DNA of 63,924 nucleotides, counting the filler, from Eremomyces bilateralis CBS 781.70 (taxonomy: Eukaryota): the NCBI GenBank assembly GCA_010015585.1. It is 7 parts of 7 records of this genome, joined end to end, with 100 filler letters (N's around TTAATTAATTAA, not from the genome) between each part and the next. Parts side by side here need not be neighbours in the genome. Positions count along the whole stretch, not along the records: positions 1 to 13,864 come from ML975171.1; positions 13,965 to 26,772 come from ML975173.1; 5 more parts are not named here. One strand, given 5' to 3'. Every line of letters starts with the position of its first letter. Position 1 is the stretch's first letter. Positions 13,258-23,509 of this stretch are shown piece after piece. The notes beneath the pieces are model-generated. The model searched no databases. It saw only the letters and a list, made by a program, of their open reading frames with translations, and had not been told where the DNA came from. The position numbers and the translations under genes were made by a program.

Positions 13258-13458
13258 CCTGGTTCAGGCCTGTTAGACAGAATTTGGTAGAGAGAAGCGA
13301 GTGCCCTCTCCGGTCTTAGTCGATTGGGATGGTCTTCTGCTGCAGTTTCACGTCGGCCTCGCATCGTACCTTTGGGTCGTAGATTGCTGAATTGAACTGC
13401 ATCCCGCCATGCCCTTGTTAATGCGGCAGGCCGACACCGCCGGAATTGGAACTGGACC

Positions 13459-13864
13459 TTAGCGACAAGCACGGACAAAATGCCGGAATGTGCATTTGGT
13501 GTTAGTACAGTTGGTATCATACCGACAAGCACGCACAGAATGCCGGAATGTGCATTTGGTGTTCGTGCAGTTGGTATCATACCGACAAGCACGCACAGAA
13601 TGCCGGAATGTGCATTCGATCTTGGTGCAGTTAATATTATACCAACAAGGTCGCTGAGACGAGAATGCCGATACAGAGGAGGCAGGTATCTTCTTAGCCT
13701 CCTCGTGCTTGCCTTGCTTGGTGTACATCGATGCGAGAGCTGCCATGCTCCGGATCGTATCTGGATGTTTATCCCCAACCACTTCTCGCTGTAGGCTAAT
13801 GACTTCGATATACCTCTTCTCGGCCTTATCGTGCTTGCCTTGCTTGGCGTATATCGATGCGAGA
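13459..13864 (-). CDS. 3' end of a TPR-repeat (NLR-like) gene terminating in three CCCH zinc fingers; 5' part lost in the gap
   Basis: VVGDKHPDTIRSMAALASMYTKQGKHEEA followed in frame by CWYNINCTKIECTFRH and 2x CRYDTNCTNTKCTFRH. Confidence 0.7.
13465..13645. repeat. 60-bp tandem repeat x3 encoding CCCH fingers
   Basis: Sequence lines starting at 13501 and 13561 are nearly identical. Confidence 0.9.
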
Positions 13865-13964
13865 NNNNNNNNNNNNNNNNNNNNNNNNNNNNNNNNNNNN
13901 NNNNNNNNTTAATTAATTAANNNNNNNNNNNNNNNNNNNNNNNNNNNNNNNNNNNNNNNNNNNN
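13865..13964. other. Artificial assembly spacer (N44-TTAATTAATTAA-N44); same spacer at 26773-26872, 39556-39655, 54289-54388, 61106-61205, 62780-62879
   Basis: Six identical 100-nt N blocks with a six-frame stop linker. Confidence 0.97.
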
Positions 13965-14272
13965 CATATTAGCGTTTTTCACCAGACAGAAGCATGGGCA
14001 TGTAAAAAAAAAATCAATTACGAGATAGAGCATACTTTAATACACAATTGATTGAATTTTGGAGTACACAGGTCGTGTTTTGATGTAGTTATTGATGGAT
14101 TGTGATTTTGCCAAACGGACAGACACACACACAAAACACTAGAAAGTAAGAGCAGAGCAGTGCGGCTGATGGACAGCGTCCTCAGGCTATCTATCAGAGG
14201 AGTAGTTTAAGTAACGTGACTGTCCAAAAAAGGCTAGACTCCTCTGAGAGATAGCCTGAGCTAGCTGAGGTA
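13965..14272. mobile_element. Right terminus of a DNA transposon related to the Academ-type element end at 49109, with a subterminal hairpin
   Basis: Hairpin CTCAGGCTATCT.TCAGAGGAGT / ACTCCTCTGAGAGATAGCCTGAG (14181-14260), then CTAGCTGAGGTA. Patchy similarity to the reverse complement of 49109-49340. Confidence 0.6.
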
Positions 14273-14741
14273 AGGTTGACACTTGACACTTCACACTTGA
14301 GTCCTTGAGTGACCTTGACAAAGTGAGTTCAGAGTTCAGACAGACGTTGACTAAGAGTCTAAGACCCCGCTGACAAAGAAAGACTCGGCTGACTGAGAGG
14401 ACCACTGACGCCATCTATCACCAACCGACGTCATTCACCTCCGGGCTTTCAACTTTGGTGAAGTTTGAAGGGTAACACCGAATTTCATTCCCCATCGATC
14501 CACATCTCACCCAGAATCTTCTTCTCGCACACATTTGATAGACCCCGTTTTCATCTTGTCTCATCTTCTTCTCTACTTTTCTCCATTTGATGCCTCTGTT
14601 GGATTCAACCCCTAGCTCATTTCTCCTCTCAGGTATGCCTGATCAGTTGATTCACCTTTCCTTTTTCTCCTCCTATAGTTGACACCGGAAACTACGAATC
14701 CTATTACCGTCTAGCGGCATCAGGACCTCTCTATCTCCCTC

Positions 14742-16478
14742 ATGAGTGAATCCCCGACGAGCGATCATGACCAGATGCAGCGCGAGGCTGACGTCGTTGC
14801 ACGGCATCTCCCCGAAGGCTATTCGGCCGGCATTGATGCCATCAATGACAATGACCATCCATCTTCCTCTGCTCCTCAACTTTTCCAGCCTAACGGGGAA
14901 TCCTCCCTTAAACTGCTAGGTGGTGATGTCCACCGTGCCCTATTCAAGATCAAGGACCGGCCCAAACTCCACCAGCGGTCGGCCACCTTTGCTCATCCCA
15001 GTCCTCGAACCCCCCAGACTTTCCCGGTCCCCGAAAACACCATCAGTGCAACCGAGCAATTGCAACCTGGTGGGTTTCGACGGGAGTTTGTTCTACAACG
15101 CCAAGATACCGGGCTGCAGGAATTCACCCAGATTACAAAGAGCTTCGTGTCCTTCCTAGAACTTTTTGGCAGTTTCGCCGGCGAAGACCTGGCTGAATCC
15201 GAAGAAGAATATGCTATCGAAGATGAAGAGGCGGTTGAGGAAGGAGAAACGAGGCCTTTACTCGGCCGGCGGAAGCTCTCGCGCCGGGTTTCCAGAGTGG
15301 GCGATGCCGGAATGGTGAAGTCGTTCTTCACGCTTTTGAAAGCCTTCATTGGCACTGGTATCCTATTTCTCCCCAAGGCGTTCAAAAATGGTGGGATACT
15401 GTTCTCATCGATCACTTTGGTCGCGGTATCGGTGGTCTCCTGTATCTGCTTCCGCTTGCTTCTCCATTGCCGGAAACAGGTCGGGGGAGGCTATGGGGAC
15501 ATCGGGGAAGCCATTGCCGGATCGAAGTTTCGCACCCTCATCCTAGGATCCATCTTCCTTTCACAGATTGGTTTCGTCTGCGCGGGCATCATATTCACGG
15601 CCGAAAATGTCGATTCATTCCTCCGAGCGGTCCTGAAGGGCAATAATCCGATGTCGACCAATGCTCTGATAGGGTACCAGCTCATTCTCCTGATCCCTCT
15701 TACTCTGATCCGGAATATCTCCAAGCTCGGACCTGCTGCACTTCTTGCGGACGTGTGCATCCTAATTGGACTGGTCTATATCTGGTGGTTTGACATCTCC
15801 ACTTTGTCAACCCAAGGATTCCATCCATCAGTGGAGCTGTTCAACCCGAGTAGCTTCACCCTCACGATTGGATCCGCGATTTTCACATTCGAAGGAATCG
15901 GCCTCATTTTGCCTATCCAGTCATCCATGGCTGAGCCGCAGAAGTTCGACCGGCTTCTATACCTAGTCATGGGGATCATCACAGTCATATTCACATCAGT
16001 GGGCTTCTTATGCTACGCCACCTTTGGCGAGAACACACGAGTGGAAGTCATCAGCAACTTTCCTCAGGACAACAAACTTGTGAACGCCGTCCAATTTCTT
16101 TATTCGCTTGCTGTCCTCGTAGGAACCCCCGTGCAACTCTTTCCCGCTGTCCGTATCATCGAGACCTCGCTCTTTGGGTCACGTTCCGGGAAACAAAACA
16201 TTTGGACCAAATGGAGAAAGAATGCATTTCGAACGGTCCTGACTATTGCTTGTGGCCTGATTTCCATCGTAGGCGCAAAGGATTTAGACAGATTTGTTGC
16301 CCTGATTGGCTCATTTGCGTGCGTACCTTTGGTCTACATATATCCCCCATTCTTACATCTTCGGGGCGTCGCGGACTCGAGGGCCTCGAAAGCATTTGAT
16401 CTTGCTCTCATGGCGGTCGGAATGGTAGCCATGGTGTACACCACCTGTATTACTATTTTCCAGTGGTTTAAGGCTTGA
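14742..16478 (+). CDS. Vacuolar amino acid transporter (Aa_trans family, AVT3/AVT4-like)
   Basis: SLKLLGGDVHR, PGGFRR, FLELFGSFAGEDL, FFTLLKAFIGTGILFLPKAF, IFTFEGIGLILPI; about 11 hydrophobic segments. Confidence 0.93.
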   Translation: MSESPTSDHDQMQREADVVARHLPEGYSAGIDAINDNDHPSSSAPQLFQPNGESSLKLLGGDVHRALFKIKDRPKLHQRSATFAHPSPRTPQTFPVPENTISATEQLQPGGFRREFVLQRQDTGLQEFTQITKSFVSFLELFGSFAGEDLAESEEEYAIEDEEAVEEGETRPLLGRRKLSRRVSRVGDAGMVKSFFTLLKAFIGTGILFLPKAFKNGGILFSSITLVAVSVVSCICFRLLLHCRKQVGGGYGDIGEAIAGSKFRTLILGSIFLSQIGFVCAGIIFTAENVDSFLRAVLKGNNPMSTNALIGYQLILLIPLTLIRNISKLGPAALLADVCILIGLVYIWWFDISTLSTQGFHPSVELFNPSSFTLTIGSAIFTFEGIGLILPIQSSMAEPQKFDRLLYLVMGIITVIFTSVGFLCYATFGENTRVEVISNFPQDNKLVNAVQFLYSLAVLVGTPVQLFPAVRIIETSLFGSRSGKQNIWTKWRKNAFRTVLTIACGLISIVGAKDLDRFVALIGSFACVPLVYIYPPFLHLRGVADSRASKAFDLALMAVGMVAMVYTTCITIFQWFKA

Positions 16479-17045
16479 AGATCCAATAAATTATCTATTA
16501 TTTTTCATTGTGTCACTGATCTCGCTGGATATTAAATCGAGTTTCCTTGTCTCGAATACTCAGTCAATCTGGTGGTGGCCAGGATGGCAGTACTTACAAT
16601 GGATCGGTCCGCATACTGCTTTTCGACGCCTACCACCAACCTTTGCCTGCAAAGCTGCTTTATGACGTCGTCGCCGCCGCCGCCGCCGGCGGATTCAGTC
16701 GGCTCCTTATCCAAGGAACCAGAGACGTCAATGACAGAATGTGGTACTGGCGCAGACCGCTGTGCGCTGGGGAACCCATCGCCTTCACAACTTGGCACGG
16801 AAGGGGCATAGAAACTTTCACTCAATTCCGTCGTGGGGTGATGAATTAGTGTGTGTAGCCATCACTCAAGTTGTGTGACGGAGCATGGATGCTCTTAATC
16901 TTTGACCTTAGAACGTCATTCCTCATGCTTTAGCGATGGATCCAAGGGACGTGGTCAGAATAGCATGTTACATTCCTCATAAACCGCGTCTCTCTCATCT
17001 AATACATGCGACTCGGGGTCATCGATTGGTAACAGCGTATGGGAA

Positions 17046-19334
17046 CTATAAAAGCTCCCCTTCTGCATTCAGCTCTTCGCCATCCTCATCATCCTCCCAC
17101 TCCACCATCGCGTCCGCCGCCTCCGCCTCCCTGTGGACTTGAGCCAAGCCGCATAGTTCCTCCACGAAACCTTTCTCATTCACTGCCCTTCGGACAAAAT
17201 CCCATCCCCCCTCGTTGTATGCGTCAATTACCTTGGACGAGCAGGCACTGCAGTAGGGATACGAAGGTCCGGAAAGAGTACGTGAGGAGAAGTCGGAGAG
17301 GAAGCCACGAAGCTGGTGGGGTAGCGCGCCGAGTGGATGCGGTTTTGAGTCGCCGGACGCTGATGGTGGGAGAGGGGACGGGGTGGATGAAGGAGGCGCA
17401 TGTGCGCCGAGCGGGTGCTGAAGAATGGAGACGAACAGTTCGACGAGAAGTGCAGACGCGATGGGAGCAATGCCAGGACGAGTGACGGTGCACTGCTGGT
17501 CGAGAGTAGCGTCTTTGAGGGACTGTCGATGGTGTTAGTAATTTATCAACAGGTTGAGAGCCTAAATACGTACGTCCGCCGCTGCGACAATGTCTGAACA
17601 GAAGTAACATCCCACTTCTGCTTCGCCATCTTTTCTCGGCGGTAAGCCTTGCCGCATCACGACATACGAATCAAACCCTAACGCAGCATTCATGACGATC
17701 TTGCCCGCCGCCTTGCCCATCAACGTCGGTAGCCATCGGCTCTCGCGCGTGTCCATGAGCAAGAAGATAGCATCGTGTTCCTCCACTAGACGTTGGAGCG
17801 TCTCAAAGTCTACCTTGGCTTTGTTATCCGCTTCGTTGGACAGGGTCGGATGGCCCAACATCGGCACGGTTATTGCGTGACCTTCGCTCTGTACGCCAGG
17901 ATAGATCCCCCCCAACGCCTCAGCGGCACGATGCGCCTTCATCGCACCGCCTTCTAAACAGTCCTTGAAATCGAAGAGAGGTTGACGAACAGGGTTCGAG
18001 AATGACACGCGTGCATTGTCGACAAAGGTGATTTTCCGCACCCCCCATCCTAGCAGATTCCTCGAGACGTACGATCCCAGAGTGCCAGCGCCAAGTAGTA
18101 AACACTTAGTGTTCTTGACAATGTCGAGGTCGATGCTCGGCGCGATCCTCCACTTGATAAGTTTCAGATTCAGATCAACGGCCTGGTCCGCAAGCCGCGT
18201 GGGGTCCATGTACTCGGACAGGTCGACAATCCGGCTGCTCAATGTATTTCGATCATTCCTCTCCCAACCCGTCACTTTGGGCATCGTGGAAGAGGTATGT
18301 TCCGAGACGGGTTCGGGGACGGTGGATTTCAAATGGAGGATCACGCTATTCGCCTGATCGCGTTTGATATGCGTATCGCGGTAACAGAGGATCTGCACCT
18401 CGTTCAAGTGCCAGCGTTGGCGGATGAGCACTAGGAGATTCCGAAGCATCCACGCCGGGTTCTTTGGGTATGTCGATGGGTCGGCGAAACACACGAATCG
18501 GTCCTGCGGCTCCACACCCTCGAAGAATCCTGCTTCGAAGGTCGACAATGACGCGACGCTCCAACTGAAACCGAGTTCGTCCGCCGGCTTCGGTGGTCGC
18601 GGATGCAAATTCCCGTCGTCTTCGGGCGGGTCGTTCGTGGCCTTGACCCGCTTCGCAAGGAAGAACCCATGTTGCCGAGCGTCGACGGAGTATCTCCAGG
18701 TCTGCACCTTGTCCACCAACGCGGTGGTCTCCTTCACTCCCAGATGTATGGCGGGGTCCTCGGGCGCGTGGTCGGACTTCCATGGCGGATCCGAATGCAA
18801 GGCGGGAAAGTTAAAGTGGTATTGAAACTTGTACTTCTTCAGGTCGGCAAAAGAAACGGCGGAGAATGAGGAGAGGAGCGAAGGGCAGGAGTAGATGGAG
18901 CCATCTTTGATAGCGTCCCATATCTAGCACCGTCAGTTCTGGAACCTAAAGCATGATGGCAAGGCAGACATACTGTTCGTCCGGCGCGTTCCACTACCGC
19001 GACGCGATCCGCGTTCTTATAGTCCTCGATGGTATTGAAGTTCTTGATGATCCCCTCCCCTCGATAGTAGCCAGCAGGAACCCTGAAACTCGAATCAGTC
19101 GCAAGCCACGCCACGATCTCATCATCCGTACTCATCTGCAGTTAGCGCATTCCCGTGGATCTGCATGCGACAGCTCCGCTCAGGCGCATCTCCGGATCGG
19201 ATTTCGTACAAGCCCAGCACCTTCCGGGCGGAGTCATCGAGCTTGTCATGGTTGATCTTGAGGTTGGCGAGGCCGGCGAAGAAGCCGAGCTCGAGATCGG
19301 AGGTCCATGGGGTATATTGGACGATGTGGGCCAT
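17046..19334 (-). CDS. ATG7: Autophagy E1-like activating enzyme Atg7 (4 exons)
   Basis: [17 protein letters not shown]-like segment, [41 protein letters not shown], and catalytic [12 protein letters not shown] in the last exon; stop at 17046-17048. Confidence 0.96.
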
Positions 19335-19796
19335 AGCTACATAGTCCGGGGTTCGGGACGTGTATAAGGGCGGAAATGTAGCGAAGTGCAGAGTACGGAG
19401 ATAGTGAGAGTATTTATATTGACTACGAGTCCGTCAATAATCGCGTGACCTCGACCGAGTCACTGGAGGTTGACGACGGAGAGGCACAGGACAAGTGATC
19501 AGCTTTGGAGTTAAGTTGGAGGTCACCAAGCCCCGCAGTCAGCAATGAGGACTGAGGCTGTGACGTCTCGGCCCGGGGAGTGCCACCTCGGCATACCGAA
19601 GATGAGTATCGGGCCGAAGATGAGTATCACTGTATCAGGGCCGCAGGGTCCATCCCAGACGCGTCCACAATGAAACTGTGCTCTGTACGGACAGGGCTTG
19701 TTCCTCATACTCTCTATAACTAGTACAGTTGAATGTAATCCACCGCTTCAAATCCTTTTTGGAAACACGCAGTGAGTTTGAACACCGCAAGTCAGA

Positions 19797-21096
19797 ATGC
19801 TGATTGGCATTTGTGGAAGTACGTCCAACATCGCGGCAACTTTTCATCCTCAAAGACTAACGCCTCCCAGCCATATGTTCGGGGAAGTCCTCCATCGCTT
19901 CATATCTGGAGACGCAGCACGCTTTCCAACGAGTCTATATCACTCGATCTGATCGAGTCCCGTCCGAGACCGCCGCTCTAGCGTCAGCAACCCCCAATTC
20001 CCGCCGTGCGCACTCCAGCAACCGGTCCGATGCCCCGTCGAACACCAAGAACGGACGACAGGACCTTTCTGGGTCAAGACTGGAGTTCTCCAATGCAACC
20101 CAGCTGCTAGAGTTCGTGACGAAGAATTGGAATGAGCATTGGGTGACGACCGATATCTGGGACATCAGCATCGCGGAGATCCTCTCGCAGCGACCCTTCT
20201 TCCTACTCGTCAACGTGGATGCTCCGATCCTGGCTCGCTGGGAGCGGTACAGAAGCCGGTATGTCCTCTCATGAGATGAATGCGAACAATCCGACTCAAC
20301 TCACCCTGTGCAGCTGTCTTGCGACATCCCCCTCCAATCCCGAACCCACCCTATCCACCTTCCTCCAACTCTCCGACTCCTCCTCCTTCCCTCCCTCCAC
20401 CCACCCCACCACCCTCTCCCACCTCACCCTCCACAACACCTCCCCTACCCTTCCCCTCCTCCACCANNNNNNNNNNCCCCGCCCCTCCCCTCCCCCTCCC
20501 GCATCCGCCCCCCCTGGGACGCCTACTTCATGACCCTCGCCTCCCTCGCCGCCTCCCGCAGCAACTGCATGAAGCGCCGCGTCGGCTGCGTCCTCGTCTC
20601 CTCGCACACCCGCCGCATCATCAGCACGGGGTACAACGGCACGCCACGCGGGTTGCGGAACTGCAACGAGGGGGGCTGCGGGCGGTGCAACGGCGGGGCG
20701 ACGGCGGGGACGGGGCTGGATTCGTGCTTGTGTTTGCATGCGGAGGAGAACGCGCTGCTGGAGGCGGGGCGGGAGCGGATTGGAAGGGGGGGGGGCGGGG
20801 AGGGGGCGACGTTGTATTGCGATACGTGTCCGTGCTTGACGTGCTGTGTGAAGATTGCGCAGGTGGGGGGCATTGAGGAGGTGGTGTTCGATCGGGCGTA
20901 TAGTGTGGATCGGGAGTCGGAGCGGGTGTTGCGGGAGGCGGGGGTGGGGTTGCGAAGGTTTGAGGGGAATCTGGTGGGGGGGAGAGGATCGGTGGTGGAT
21001 TTGGGAGCGTTGGTGACAGAGGACCAGCAGACGTTGGAGGGGGCATTAAACATGCTGGCGTTGGACAAGACGAAAGTAGGGAGGAATGGCGTTTAA
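19797..21096 (+). CDS. DCD1: dCMP deaminase with N-terminal P-loop kinase-like domain (introns; short N run near 20470)
   Basis: MLIGICG|ICSGKSS start; RPPWDAYFMTLASLAASRSNCMKRRVGC, STGYNGTPRG, CLHAEENALLEAG, PCLTC. Confidence 0.93.
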
Positions 21097-22054
21097 ATTC
21101 ACTACAGCATCCTCTTGGATGGCGGTAACACTCGGAGCCCCGGCTACCAGGGCGTTCCGTCTGATATTACGCCTTGAAGCGTCGAACAATCGATCTACAA
21201 GCAAAGCAAAGCCTAGAGAATCGAACCATGATGTTGAACAGCTTCATTACTATTGTACCTCCATTAAGACACCACTCCCACTCGTCCCAACCTCAGATGG
21301 TGATCCATCCGCAGACACCATCTCCTAAGTCCAACCGTGGCCGCGCTCCGAGCGTCAGACCGAAACCTTCCCTCCAATGGTAACCAGAACTCCATCGATG
21401 TGACCGCCAGGTCTAGCGAATGTGACCACAACTTCCTATGTTCCGGACCGATCCGCCCGTCTATGCCGTCTCATCATGCCAAGAAGTGATGAACGATGGT
21501 TCATGGAGCGAATGCAATGAGAATTGTGAAAACCGGGGTATCAGCGAATGGAAAACCCGCGCAACGCAGAGAACCCCGCCACTGGTGTTGCGCTGAAATA
21601 TGGCAATGTAGCCGTGGAGAAGCGAATGATAATGTATCGACTCCAGTAGGAGGATTCGGGAGAATGGGGAGGAATGGTCGGAAAGGTTGAGTGGAATGGA
21701 TCTGAGAGGGAAGAATACGGTGGGGGAATAAAGTATTAATGGAAAAATCGACGCCAACCGATGCAGATCGCGCTTGAATCGTTCGTGTCCGTTAGCTGGA
21801 GAAATTCGTTGTGGATCAACAAGAAATGAAACACGCCTGACGAAACACCAGGCTTCCGAACCGGATCCATCGGATCCGAATATGCTCTATTACCACCGCG
21901 GAAAAGAGGGAGAAAACAGCGGTTCGGACATGATCCGTCTGCCGGGTTGCAGCCGGAGTCCTTTGCTAGAGAGATTTCAGCGAGTTGTCATAGACATGGC
22001 GATGGATATAAATGGTGCAATGGGTGTTGCAGTCGGGAGGAAGTGCAGGTAATT

Positions 22055-23509
22055 CTACCTCACCACCTCTCCATCGCTCCCACTCCCCAATGTATCACCA
22101 TCCCACACGCCATGACCGTCTGACGAACTTCGGGATAGGCTTCCTTTCGGACTGCTCGGTGACCGTGCGCGGGAGCTGCCCGCGATGGACGAGGAGGAGC
22201 CGAGCGTCCACTCGTCGGAGTCGGCCGAGTGTATGCGATCGGAGAGCAGGGCGGAGTAATCCGAGGTATTAAAGAGATTGGAGGCCGACGGCTGGCCGAA
22301 CTCGACGTAGTCGTAGTCCCATCGGAGCGACTTGTCCAGTTGAACTCGCGGGAGGAAGTAAGTGTAGGTGATGAAGAAGGCGATCCCAGCAACTGTTGGA
22401 TACGGAATTAGTACTCGTGTCCTTGGATCGCAGCAAGGGGGAAAGAAACATACGTAAACCTCCTGCGACTAGATCCACAGCATAATGATGGCTTAGATAC
22501 ATCGTCGCCCAGCACATCCAGAGAGGATAGCACACGATGAGTGGCCGTAGTTTGGGGAAAAGCTGGCTCATGAAGAGTGCCTCCAACACCGAATTTCCCG
22601 CGTGCAAACTCGGAAAGGCGCCGAAAACTAGCGGACTAGCCGTGAACCCACTGGTGTATAAATCGATATGGAAGAGCTTATCGATGGCCGCCAACCCGGC
22701 GGGGCTCCCATGGATGCTGTAATTCGCCGGAGCGAGGCCGTACAAGTTCTCATACCACGGTGCAGAGCATGGGAACAGGATCTGGATGACCACTCCGACG
22801 ATGTTCATGTATCCGAAGGTGATGGCGAAGAGGTTGATAAACCCCGGCGGACCGAAGATGAACATGATGATGGAGAAGATGGCAGGGCCGCCGTAATGGA
22901 GGATGCCGTACGGAAACCACCCTAAGAGGTCCAGGACCACATGTTTCTGCGCGGAGAGGATGTTGGAGAGGTTGGCGCCGTAGAAGATAGTCTCAAGGGA
23001 GGGAAGAACGCGAACCCATATCGGGGGCCGGTATTCGGCGGGTATGTATCTGTTGGCCGCTTGATTAGCACGATTTCACGGGACACGGTGTAGACTCCAG
23101 AGAACCCGCTCCAGGGTACGTACTTGCATGCGTAAAACAACACCAACCACCCTATTATGGGCAAGAAAGGTAGGAAAAACTGCCTCGTCACCGGCAACAC
23201 TAACGATCCCAACAGCACCGTCGCGATGGCTAGCTTGATCAGCGGACCTGGTTCTTGGACCGCAGACAAGGCGAAAATGCCGATGAACGCCAACAGCAGG
23301 TACTGTGCATCATATTTGCTCCACCGATGTTTCCGCAACGCTCGGATGGTGTCCGCTGGGTGGTATGAAGTTTCGATGGACGTCAGCGCCGCGGAGGTCG
23401 GGCTCTGGCGCGAATGGATGCGAGACTTCGCGCTCCGCCAGCGCCGGCGGATGCGGTTCGGCAAGAGCAGACGGGGGGAAGGGAGCCCGATGCGAAGGGA
23501 GGATAACAT
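22055..23509 (-). CDS. AUR1: Inositol phosphorylceramide synthase (aureobasidin resistance protein); 2 introns, start uncertain
   Basis: QFFLPFLPI, RPPIWVRVLP.LETIFYGANLS, LDLLGWFPYGILHYG, PCSAPWYE, FGAFPSLHAG, ATMYLSHHYAVDLVAG. Confidence 0.93.

Noticed and set aside
13465..13645. Regular repeats resembling a CRISPR array
   Set aside because: Contiguous 60-bp coding repeats with no unique spacers, in a eukaryote with no cas genes.
13865..13964. TTAATTAATTAA palindrome within N runs, repeated six times
   Set aside because: Artificial contig linker with stops in all six frames. Adjacency and distance across these gaps are unverified.
14181..14272. Hairpin as a possible tRNA or as the primer for the Ty3 PBS (shared CCTGAGCTA)
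   Set aside because: No cloverleaf, D/T-loop or A/B-box consensus. The match is only 9 nt and the PBS is explained by initiator tRNA-Met.
16532..16849. Short ORFs between the transporter and ATG7
   Set aside because: No convincing start, splice pattern or motif; the region lies between convergent 3' ends.
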